A stretch of DNA of 53,726 nucleotides from Sandaracinaceae bacterium (lineage in GTDB: Bacteria; Myxococcota_A; Polyangia; Polyangiales; Sandaracinaceae): positions 1 through 53,726 of the forward strand of contig JBGAQA010000017.1 of NCBI GenBank assembly GCA_044220955.1. The letters are read 5' to 3'. A model generated the notes under the pieces. The model ran no database searches. It was not told the DNA's origin and saw only the letters and a list, made by a program, of their open reading frames with translations. This document shows, in pieces, positions 17,931 through 26,078 of this stretch. The position numbers and the translations under genes are program-made. How positions within the stretch are numbered: position 1 is the first letter of the stretch; the number at the start of each line of letters is the position of its first letter.

Positions 17931-19238
17931 GTGCGTGCCGCTCACCTCGCCAGCGCGTTCTCGCTCGCGGCGGCGGTGGCTCTCGCAGGCTGCGGCGCCA
18001 AGACCGGCCTGGACGTCCCGGACACGAACGTCGACGCGGGGCGCCCACGGGACGGGGGCGTGGACGCGGGTCCGCGCGACGCGGGCCGCGATGCTCTCAC
18101 CGACGCCGCAGTCCCGTGCATCGTGCTCGACCCCGACGCGGGCCCCATCGAGCTCCCGCTCGACACGCAAGTGCTCCTCGGTCGCGCCGACGTGGTGTTC
18201 CTGATCGACGTGACCGGCTCGATGAGCCAGGAGATCGGCCACATCCAGGCCGAGCTCCGCGACACGATCGCGCCGGGCGTGCAAGCCGCGATCCCCGACG
18301 CGCAGCTGGGGGTCGCGACCTTCGCAGACTTCCCGGTCAGCGACTGCGGCGAGGCCGAAGACCGTCCCTTCAACCTCGTGCTTCCCGTCACGAGCGACCT
18401 CGCCCGCGTGCAGGCCGCGGTCAACGGCGTCGCCGTGTCGCGCGGCGGCGATCCCCCCGAGGCACAGGTCGAGGCGCTCTATCAGACGACCACGGGCGAG
18501 GGGCTCGGCACGTTCATCCCGGCGAGCTTCGGCTGTCCGGCCGGCGGCTTCGGCTTCGCGTGCTTCCGGAGCGACGCGCTGCCCGTCATCCTGCTGTTCA
18601 CGGACGACTTCTGGCACGACGGCCCCGGCAACTCGGATCCCTTCTCCCTCGCCTGCCCGAACCTGCTCGCCAGCGTCACGCCCCACGACTACGCCGACGC
18701 CGTGAGCGTGCTCCAGGCGCGCGGCGTGCGCGTCATGGGTCTGTTCTCCGGCACCGAGGCCGGGGCGCGAGCGCCGATGGATCAGATCGCGACCGACACC
18801 GGTGCGCTCGACGGGAGCGGCCGACCCCTCGTCTTCGACATCGGTGTCCGCGGTGACGCGCTGTCCGCGAGCGTCGTCGCCGCGCTGACGACGCTGTCCA
18901 ACGTCATCCGCTTCGACATCGACACGGCGCTCGTCGATCCGATTCCCGGGGACGGGGTGGATCCCCGGGCGTTCGTGCAGGCTGTCACGCCCTTGCGAGC
19001 CGACCCGATGGACGGAGTCGAGTCGATCGACGTCGCGGCCGGCGTGTTCCGGCAGGTGCGCACCGGCACGCGCGTCGTGTTCCAGCTGACCCTGCGCAAC
19101 GGCTCGGTCGCGCCGGGCGCGGGCCCGCAGGTGTTCCCCCTCGAGGTGGTCTTCCGCGGGGACCGCCGGACTCGCATCGGGAGCACGACCATCGACCTCG
19201 TGGTCCCCGGCGCCGACGGCTCCGGGTGCCCACGATGA
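17931..19238 (+). CDS. Integrin-beta-like VWA-domain lipoprotein, paralog 1
   Basis: Lipobox LAGC-GAKTGL; MIDAS-type DVVFLIDVTGSM; GGDPPEAQVEALYQ; FRSDALPVILLFTD; ends GSGCPR. Confidence 0.85.
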   Translation: MRAAHLASAFSLAAAVALAGCGAKTGLDVPDTNVDAGRPRDGGVDAGPRDAGRDALTDAAVPCIVLDPDAGPIELPLDTQVLLGRADVVFLIDVTGSMSQEIGHIQAELRDTIAPGVQAAIPDAQLGVATFADFPVSDCGEAEDRPFNLVLPVTSDLARVQAAVNGVAVSRGGDPPEAQVEALYQTTTGEGLGTFIPASFGCPAGGFGFACFRSDALPVILLFTDDFWHDGPGNSDPFSLACPNLLASVTPHDYADAVSVLQARGVRVMGLFSGTEAGARAPMDQIATDTGALDGSGRPLVFDIGVRGDALSASVVAALTTLSNVIRFDIDTALVDPIPGDGVDPRAFVQAVTPLRADPMDGVESIDVAAGVFRQVRTGTRVVFQLTLRNGSVAPGAGPQVFPLEVVFRGDRRTRIGSTTIDLVVPGADGSGCPR

Positions 19239-20512
19239 GCGCCCGACTCCGCGTCACGTGCGCGCTGGCCCTGGCCGCTGCGCTCTGCGCGGCGGGGTGC
19301 GGCGCCAAGACCGGGCTCGACACGCCCGATGCGAACGTCGACGCGGGCCGTGACGCGGGGCGCGACGCGAGCATCGACGGCGGGCGCGATGCTGGCCCGC
19401 CCATCCGGTGCATCGAGGTGCCTCCCGAGGGTGGCCGCGTCACCGCGGACTTCTCGATCCCCGCCACGCTCCAGATCGTCGACGTGATGTTCCTGATCGA
19501 CGCGACGGGCAGCATGCGCGACGAGATCGACAACGTGCGCGCCGGCCTGCGCGACGTCGTGGTGCCCGGCGTGCGCTCGGCGATCCCCGACGCCGCGTTC
19601 GGCCTGGCGTTCTTCGGGGAGTTCCCCGTCCAGCCGCACGCGCGCCCCGGCGCGCGGGTGGGCCCCTACGAGCTGCGCGGGCCGGTCACGACCGACGTCG
19701 AGCGCCTCACCGCCGCATTCGAAGGCATTCCCTCCTGGGGCAACCTCGACGACCCGGAGGCGGACGTCGAGGGACTCTTCCAGGTCGCGACCGGCGCCGG
19801 CCTCTTGCCCTACGTGGATCCCTCGTTCGGTTGTCCGGGCGGCGGGGCGGGCGGGGCGTGCTTCCGCGCGGATGCGTTCCGCGTCGTGCTCCTGGTCACC
19901 GACGCGCCGATGCACAACGGTCCGCCCGGGGTGTCGCCGATCGCCGACTATCGCTTCACCGACCCCTCGCCGCATCAGTACGCCGAGACCGTCGCCGCGC
20001 TTCGCGGGCTGGCGGTCACGGTCATCGGCCTCGGCGCCTCGGATCCCGGCAGGCCTTCGCCTCTGCCGCATCTCACGCAGCTCGTGACCGACGTCGACAC
20101 GCACCACATGCCGCTCGTGTTCGACATCGGCAACGCCGGAGATCGGATCGGGCAGGAGATCGTCTCGGCGCTCGAGACGCTCGCCGACACCGTGCCGCTC
20201 GACGTGTCGGCCGAGGTCGAGGACGTCGCCGGTGACTCCATCGACGCCAGGACCCTCGTGAGCGCGGTGCGCGCCACCTCGGCCGATCCCCCCGGGGGGG
20301 TCCGCGGGATCTCGGGGAACACCTTCGCCGGCGTCACCCCCGGCACGATCCTCACCTTCGAGGTCGACGTCGACGCCTCGTCGCTGCCCCGGAGCCCGAC
20401 GCGCCGCGAGGTGCGCGCACGCGTCGTGTTCCGCGACGCCGGGCGCAGCCGCATCGGGAACGACGACGTGCTCTTCGTCGTCCCGGGCGACGACGGACGC
20501 GGGTGCCGATGA
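19235..20512 (+). CDS. Integrin-beta-like VWA-domain lipoprotein, paralog 2
   Basis: ATGA overlap with paralog 1; AAGC-GAKTGL; DVMFLIDATGSM; GNLDDPEADVEGLFQ; FRADAFRVVLLVTD; ends GRGCR. Confidence 0.85.
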   Translation: MSARLRVTCALALAAALCAAGCGAKTGLDTPDANVDAGRDAGRDASIDGGRDAGPPIRCIEVPPEGGRVTADFSIPATLQIVDVMFLIDATGSMRDEIDNVRAGLRDVVVPGVRSAIPDAAFGLAFFGEFPVQPHARPGARVGPYELRGPVTTDVERLTAAFEGIPSWGNLDDPEADVEGLFQVATGAGLLPYVDPSFGCPGGGAGGACFRADAFRVVLLVTDAPMHNGPPGVSPIADYRFTDPSPHQYAETVAALRGLAVTVIGLGASDPGRPSPLPHLTQLVTDVDTHHMPLVFDIGNAGDRIGQEIVSALETLADTVPLDVSAEVEDVAGDSIDARTLVSAVRATSADPPGGVRGISGNTFAGVTPGTILTFEVDVDASSLPRSPTRREVRARVVFRDAGRSRIGNDDVLFVVPGDDGRGCR

Positions 20513-21759
20513 GACGCCTCGCGCTGACGTCGCTCCTCGTGCTCGGCGCGTGCGGCGCCAAGACCGGCCTTCGCGTGCCGCCGCGGCCCGACGGGGGCCC
20601 GGATGCCGCCAGGGACGCCGGGACCGACGCGCCGAGCGTGGACGCGTACGTTCCGGCGCCCTGGTGCGTCGAGGTCCCCCCCATGGAGCCTCCGCGCGAG
20701 CTGCGCATCGACTACGTGGTGCGCATCGAGGACGCCGACGTGTACTTCCTGGTCGACGTCACGGGCAGCATGGGCGGCGAGATCGCGACGATCCAGGCGC
20801 GCATCGAGGACACGATCGCCCCCGGCATCGCGGCGGCGATCCCCGAGGCGCGGCTGAGCCTCGGCCGCTTCGCCGACTACCCCCTCGGCGAGTATGGCTC
20901 GGGAGGCGACGAGGTGTTCCGTCTCGAGCAAGCGAGCACGTCGGATCTCGCCACCTTCGTCGCCGCCACGCGTCGGCTGACGCTGCAGAGCGGAGCAGAC
21001 CCGCCCGAGGCGTACGTCCCGGCGCTCTATTTCTCCGCGCGAGGGCAGGGCGCGATCGGCTTCGTCCCCCGTCCGGGCTGTCCCGAGGACAGCGTCGGCT
21101 ACCCCTGCTTCGCTCGGCGCGGAGCGCGCATCGTGCTCCTCTTCACCGATGCCGAGGCCCACGGCGGTCCCGGGGCGTCGAACGCCTACGGGGCCGACGT
21201 CTCGCCCACGCCTCCGACCTACAACGAGACCGTCGCCGCGCTGCGCGGGATCGGCGCCAAGGTGATCGGGATCTTCAGCGGCGCGCCGGACGACGGGAAC
21301 GGCCTGAGCGACGTCACGGCGCTCGCGCGCGACACCGGCGCCGTCACCAGCGACGGGACGCCGCTCGTGTTCTCGATCGACGGTGACGGCACCGGGCTCG
21401 ACGCCCGGGTGATCGACGCCGTGCGGCGCCTCGTCACCGACGTGCCCCTCGCCGTCGATCTGATGATCGAGGACGGCGCCGGGGACGCCGTCGACGTGAC
21501 GACCTTCGTGCGCTCCGTCGTCACGGACGGCGCGAGCCCGCCCGAAGGGGCGGTGGATCGGGGCGATCATTTCGAGAACGTGCGGCCGGGCACCGCCGTG
21601 TCGTTCCGCATCCTGCTCGCCAACGATCTGCTCCCGCGCGCCGCCGTCCCGCAGCGCTTCCGCATGCGCGTCACGCTGCGCGGGGACGGGGTCACCGCGC
21701 TCGAGGTGCGGGAGGTCGACGTCGTCGTGCCCTCGATCGGCGGCGACGGCTGCGACTGA
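20509..21759 (+). CDS. Integrin-beta-like VWA-domain lipoprotein, paralog 3
   Basis: ATGA overlap with paralog 2; LGAC-GAKTGL; DVYFLVDVTGSM; GADPPEAYVPALY; RIVLLFTD; ends GDGCD. Confidence 0.85.
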   Translation: MRRLALTSLLVLGACGAKTGLRVPPRPDGGPDAARDAGTDAPSVDAYVPAPWCVEVPPMEPPRELRIDYVVRIEDADVYFLVDVTGSMGGEIATIQARIEDTIAPGIAAAIPEARLSLGRFADYPLGEYGSGGDEVFRLEQASTSDLATFVAATRRLTLQSGADPPEAYVPALYFSARGQGAIGFVPRPGCPEDSVGYPCFARRGARIVLLFTDAEAHGGPGASNAYGADVSPTPPTYNETVAALRGIGAKVIGIFSGAPDDGNGLSDVTALARDTGAVTSDGTPLVFSIDGDGTGLDARVIDAVRRLVTDVPLAVDLMIEDGAGDAVDVTTFVRSVVTDGASPPEGAVDRGDHFENVRPGTAVSFRILLANDLLPRAAVPQRFRMRVTLRGDGVTALEVREVDVVVPSIGGDGCD

Positions 21760-21777
21760 CGCGCTCGGGCTCGTATC

Positions 21778-22989
21778 TCAGCCGGCGAGCAGGCGCTGGA
21801 CGAGCGGCGCGATCGCGGCCCAGACCGAGCGCGACCCGCGGCGCGAGAGGTGGACGCCGTCGACCGTGTCGCGCTCGTGCCGCGTGGACACCGAGCGCGG
21901 GTCGATGACGGTGCCGCAGCGGGACGCGCGTGTCCCGGCCACCTGGGCCTCCTGGACGCGATGGACTCGCTCGGACCACGTATCGCTCGTTCCGTCGTTG
22001 GGCAGGATCACGCCGACGCGGGGCGCACCTGCCGCGCAGAGCCCATCGACGAAGCGCGTGACCCGCTCGGTGTACACCGCGTTCCAGCGCGCCTCGTCCG
22101 CCCAGCGGATCGAGTCGTGGTCCGAGCGGCCGCGCGCATCCGTCGTCACCACGCGCAGAGGCTGCGTGTCGTTGCCGCCGAGCGTGACGAGCACGCCACG
22201 CAGCTCTCGCAGGTCCCCGAGCCGCGGGATCTCCGCTTGCCAGTCGAAGTAGTCGGGGCGCGCGAGGCCCGTCGCGGAGTGGGCGACGCGGCGGACGTGC
22301 ATGCCTGCGCTCTCGAGCTCGCGCTCGATCAGGATCCCGAACGCGCCGTTGACGGACGAGGAGCCCACGAGGAGCACGTCGTCGGGCACGGGCGCCGGTC
22401 GCGCGGCTCGGCGCTGAGCGCCGGCGCTGCTTCCGAGCGCGAACGAGAGCAGGACGGCCGAGAGGGTGACCATCGCCGCGAGGCGCGCGGTCACCCCCGC
22501 GGGTGCCGCCGCCGGATCGGCGTTGGCGTCGCTGACGCCGGCGATCGACACGGGGTGGTGGCTCAGCGCGACCACGGCCCCCTCGGGATCGCGGACGTAG
22601 AGCGTGTACGCGGTCTCGTGCTCGACCGGGAAGCCCTTCTCGGCGAGCCGCTCGCGCCAGGGCTCTCGCGCCTCGAGCGGGATGGCGAGCGCGATGCAGT
22701 GCCAGCCAGGTGCGTCGTCGAAGCGCACCGGCTCCCCGCGCTCGGCCCGCTCGACCGCGAGGAACGTGGGGCCGCCGAGCGCGAACCAGATCGAGCGCGG
22801 ACGCCCACGCTCGTCGTCGTGACGCCGTGTGATGCTCAGCCCGAGCACGCCCGCGTAGAAGGCCTCGGCGCGCTCCAGGTCTCGCACCTTGACGGCGAGG
22901 TGATGAACGGCCCCCGGCGGCGCGAGCGCGGGCCCGGCAGGGTTGCTCCCCGGCTTCGTTCCCTGGCCCCCCGAGGTCTCGTCCGACAT
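21778..22989 (-). CDS. VOC/glyoxalase domain fused through a hydrophobic segment to a DUF459/SGNH-like hydrolase domain
   Basis: VOC part: VHHLAVKVRDLERAEAFYAGVLGL...LYVRDPEG. SGNH part: LLVGSSS, ATGLARPDYFDW, LGGND and DGVHLS. Start could also be 22998. Confidence 0.75.
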   Translation of the reverse strand: MSDETSGGQGTKPGSNPAGPALAPPGAVHHLAVKVRDLERAEAFYAGVLGLSITRRHDDERGRPRSIWFALGGPTFLAVERAERGEPVRFDDAPGWHCIALAIPLEAREPWRERLAEKGFPVEHETAYTLYVRDPEGAVVALSHHPVSIAGVSDANADPAAAPAGVTARLAAMVTLSAVLLSFALGSSAGAQRRAARPAPVPDDVLLVGSSSVNGAFGILIERELESAGMHVRRVAHSATGLARPDYFDWQAEIPRLGDLRELRGVLVTLGGNDTQPLRVVTTDARGRSDHDSIRWADEARWNAVYTERVTRFVDGLCAAGAPRVGVILPNDGTSDTWSERVHRVQEAQVAGTRASRCGTVIDPRSVSTRHERDTVDGVHLSRRGSRSVWAAIAPLVQRLLAG

Positions 22990-23083
22990 CGGCCTCATGC
23001 TGTAGCACGGTGCGGCCCGTGCCGTCCCGAGCGCGGCCGCAGAGCTTGATGCGGGGTCGCCGACCCGGCTAAGGTCGCCGGCC

Positions 23084-24247
23084 ATGCGACCCACCCACTA
23101 CGTGCTCGTCGGTGCTCTCACCCTGGCCTCCGGGCTCGGCGTCGGCGGATGCGTCCCCCGTGGCCACCGCACGGCCGGCGGAGGAGGTGGCGGAGGCGGG
23201 GGCGGCACGTCCATGGCGGGCTGCGGCGGCGATCTCGGCGCGACCAACGCCGCGGCCAAGCTCGAGGAGTTCTTCGCGGCCACGGCGGCCTGGCAGGACG
23301 CCGCGATGGGCATCCAGCGCGACCTCCTCGGCGCGTGTCAGACCACCGGCCGGGCGCTCGGAATGAGCGACGCGGAGATGAGCGTCAACGGCGAAGGCCT
23401 CGAGCCGCTCTGCAGCACCGTCGACACGCGTCTGCGCGCGGAGATCGCGGCGCTCCGCGACTCCGCCCACGCCGAGCTGCAGGTGGACGCGCGACCGCCG
23501 CACTGCGAGGTCTCCGTGAACGCGTATGCCGACTGCATGGCGCAGTGCGAGGCACACGTGGACCCGGGGCAGATCGACCTGCAGTGCGAGGGTGGCGAGC
23601 TTCGCGGCCAGTGCGACGCGCAGTGCACGGGACACTGCGCGGTCCAGCTCGACGCGGCCTGCAGCGGCACGTGCGAGGGTTCCTGCGAGGGCACCTGCGC
23701 GGCGCGCAACGCCGACGGGAGCTGCAGCGGCCACTGCGACGGCACCTGCCACGGCTCGTGCGTCGTCGATGCGAGCGCGAGCTGCCAGGGCGAGTGCCGC
23801 GGCGGCTGCTCGGTGCAGTTCCGCGAGCCTTACTGCACCGGCACCATCCGTCGTCCGTCGGCGAGCGCGCGCTGCACGGCGTCGTGCGATGCGCACGTCG
23901 AGGCGCAGGCGCGCTGCACGCCGGGCGAGACGCACGTGGCGATGAGCGCGGGCCTCGACGCGGAGGGGCAGGCCCGCCTCGCGCGCGTGCAGGCGGCCAT
24001 CCACGACGGGATCAGCCAGATCATCTCCATCCGCACGCGCGTCGAGCGCCTTCGCGCCGCCGGCGCGCAGATCGTCCGCATCGCTCCGGAGATCCCCCAG
24101 TCGGCGGCCGCCGTCGGCATCAACGCGGTGGTCTGCGCCACGGCCGCGGCGGGCGCGATCGCCGAGGCCAGCGCGAGCGTCAGCATCTCGGTGAACGTGT
24201 CGGTGTCGATGTCGGCCAGCGTGTCCGGCTCGGCGTCGGCGCGCTGA
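23084..24247 (+). CDS. Cys-rich repeat lipoprotein, hypothetical
   Basis: Lipobox GVGGC, poly-Gly linker, many CxxxC/CxGxC repeats, a helical C-terminal part and an alternating Ser/Val tail. Confidence 0.8.
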   Translation: MRPTHYVLVGALTLASGLGVGGCVPRGHRTAGGGGGGGGGGTSMAGCGGDLGATNAAAKLEEFFAATAAWQDAAMGIQRDLLGACQTTGRALGMSDAEMSVNGEGLEPLCSTVDTRLRAEIAALRDSAHAELQVDARPPHCEVSVNAYADCMAQCEAHVDPGQIDLQCEGGELRGQCDAQCTGHCAVQLDAACSGTCEGSCEGTCAARNADGSCSGHCDGTCHGSCVVDASASCQGECRGGCSVQFREPYCTGTIRRPSASARCTASCDAHVEAQARCTPGETHVAMSAGLDAEGQARLARVQAAIHDGISQIISIRTRVERLRAAGAQIVRIAPEIPQSAAAVGINAVVCATAAAGAIAEASASVSISVNVSVSMSASVSGSASAR

Positions 24248-24303
24248 TCGGCGCGAGGGCGCCGGGCGAGGGCTGGCCGCGATCCTACGCGCGCATCGAC
24301 GCG

Positions 24304-24747
24304 CTACGCGTGGGCGTGGTGGGCCGCGTGCAGCCGGAGGTTCACGACGTGTGCGCTCGCGACGAACGAGATGCCCACGACGGTGAGCCCCGTCTCGGCC
24401 AGGCCCGGCGCGAAGCGGCTCGCGACGATGAAGCCGATCCCCACCGAGAAGAGGGCGAGGGGCAGCGGCCGCTTGTGCTCGCGGAAGTACGTCGGCAGCA
24501 GCGCGAAGAGCCCCATGCAGAGGGCGCCGAAGAGCAGCGGCAGCTCCAGCCACTCCATCGTCGGGCCGAACGCGCTGACGCCGAGGGTCGGCAGGAGCGA
24601 GATGAGCGCGGTGATCACGCAGTGGACGGCGCAGGTGAGCGACACGCCGATGCCGAGCTTGTCGAAGATGCTCTGGCTCGGGTGCGCGTCGCGCGGATGC
24701 GCGTGGGCGTGGTCGTGCGACGAGTCGTGGGCCAAGAGGGTGCTCAC
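24304..24747 (-). CDS. MerC-domain membrane protein with His-rich termini
   Basis: FDKLGIGVSLTCAVHC motif, about 4 TM segments, C-terminal AHVVNLR; HDSSHDHAHAH and HAAHHAHA tails. Confidence 0.8.
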   Translation of the reverse strand: MSTLLAHDSSHDHAHAHPRDAHPSQSIFDKLGIGVSLTCAVHCVITALISLLPTLGVSAFGPTMEWLELPLLFGALCMGLFALLPTYFREHKRPLPLALFSVGIGFIVASRFAPGLAETGLTVVGISFVASAHVVNLRLHAAHHAHA

Positions 24748-24797
24748 CGGAGGACGCAGTCAGACACGTTCCGGCTGCTCTTGCAACACGACTACAA

Positions 24798-25961
24798 CTA
24801 ACTTCGCGCGCCGGCTGCGACGTCGCGCAGCGCCTCGAGCGCGCGATCGAGCTCGTCGTCGGTGACGTAGGGCGCCGGGCCGAGGCGCAGGATGTCCCCC
24901 CGCGCGTCGGTGAAGATCCCGCGCGCACGCAGCGCCGTCACCACCCCCGCCGCCCCCGCGATGCGGACCGAGACGAAGCCGCCGCGCTGCTCCGGCGCGC
25001 GTGGCGTGAGCACGTCGAAGCCGTCGAGCCCGTCGAGCAGGCGCTCCGTCTGGCGCAGGGAGAGCGCCCGCAAGCGGCCCACGCTCAGCTCGAGCTCGTC
25101 GAAGAGGTCGAGGACCGCGGCCGCGCGGTAGTGGCTCGTCGGGTCGTACGTGCTCCCGGCGAAGCGGTCGGCGGGGCGCTCTCCGTATCCGACGAGGCCG
25201 CCGTCGCGCGGTGCGGAGAGGCGCGCGAAGTCGCTGAACCAGCCGGTGTAGATCGGCCGCAGCGTGCAGCCCGGCGGGACGCGCAGGAAGCAGCAGCCTT
25301 CCCCCCACTGGGCGTACTTGTAGCCACCGGCGACCACGAACGCGTCGATCCCGAGGTCGTGCACGCCGAACGGGACCACGCCGAACGCGTGGTAGGCGTC
25401 GACGAGGAGCTCGGCACCGGCGGTGCGTGCCCTCGCGGCGAGCGCCCGCAGACCCGGGACGATCGACGAGGTCTCGAACAGCACGCTCGACACGAGCACG
25501 GCGGCCGTCTGCGCGTCCACCGCTCGAGCCATGCGCTCGGCGAGGGTCTCGATCGGCGCGACGTCGACCATCACGACGTCGAGCCCCGCCTCCGCGAGCC
25601 GCGTGAGCTGCCGGTGCGCGCTGTGGAACTCGCCGCGCGTGGTGACGAGCCGCGGCCGGGCACGCAGATCGAGCGCCGAGAGGAAGCGTGCGAGCAGCTC
25701 GTGCGTGCTACCACCGAGCGCGATCTCGTCCGGGCTCGCTCCGATCCGGCTCGCGGCGCCCCGGCGCACGCGCTCTGCCATGCCGAGCGCCGCGCCCCAC
25801 TTGTCGTCGACCTCGCGCGCGGCGTCGTCATAGGCCCGGAGCACACCCTCGCGCGCCACGTCCGGCCAGGCCTGATGCGAGTGGCCCGTGAGCAGCACGT
25901 GCCCGCTCCGCAGGAACGCCTGGTAGTGCGGCCTCAGGGCGGCCGGATCGAGCTCGGTCAC
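24798..25961 (-). CDS. Kynureninase-like class V PLP-dependent enzyme
   Basis: LTGHSHQAWP, EFHS, VDAYH, GGYKY (PLP lysine), GWFS, RGGFVS and LRLGPAPY. Confidence 0.8.
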   Translation of the reverse strand: MTELDPAALRPHYQAFLRSGHVLLTGHSHQAWPDVAREGVLRAYDDAAREVDDKWGAALGMAERVRRGAASRIGASPDEIALGGSTHELLARFLSALDLRARPRLVTTRGEFHSAHRQLTRLAEAGLDVVMVDVAPIETLAERMARAVDAQTAAVLVSSVLFETSSIVPGLRALAARARTAGAELLVDAYHAFGVVPFGVHDLGIDAFVVAGGYKYAQWGEGCCFLRVPPGCTLRPIYTGWFSDFARLSAPRDGGLVGYGERPADRFAGSTYDPTSHYRAAAVLDLFDELELSVGRLRALSLRQTERLLDGLDGFDVLTPRAPEQRGGFVSVRIAGAAGVVTALRARGIFTDARGDILRLGPAPYVTDDELDRALEALRDVAAGARS

Positions 25962-26013
25962 GCCCCTTGGCTATCGGACGCGCCGCGCGTCGGCAAGGCG
26001 ATGCAGGGCGACG

Positions 26014-26053
26014 GAAAGGCGACGGCCGCGCCAGGAGGGGGGCGCGGCCGTCG
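26014..26053 (-). terminator. Probable intrinsic terminator after the Cys-rich lipoprotein gene
   Basis: 13-bp stem CGACGGCCGCGCC/GGCGCGGCCGTCG (26020-26053), followed on the minus strand by CCTTTCC (weak U-tract). Confidence 0.5.
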
Positions 26054-26078
26054 GGGCCGAGGACAGTCGGGCGGGGCG

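Noticed and set aside
20081..20125. Apparent 3-residue deletion in VWA paralog 2 (VTD-VDTHHMPLVF vs ATDTGALDGSGRPLVF)
   Set aside because: In frame and small; cannot be told apart from normal paralog divergence without homologs.
24304..24747. Mercury resistance operon
   Set aside because: No merR, merA, merT or merP nearby; a lone MerC-domain gene.
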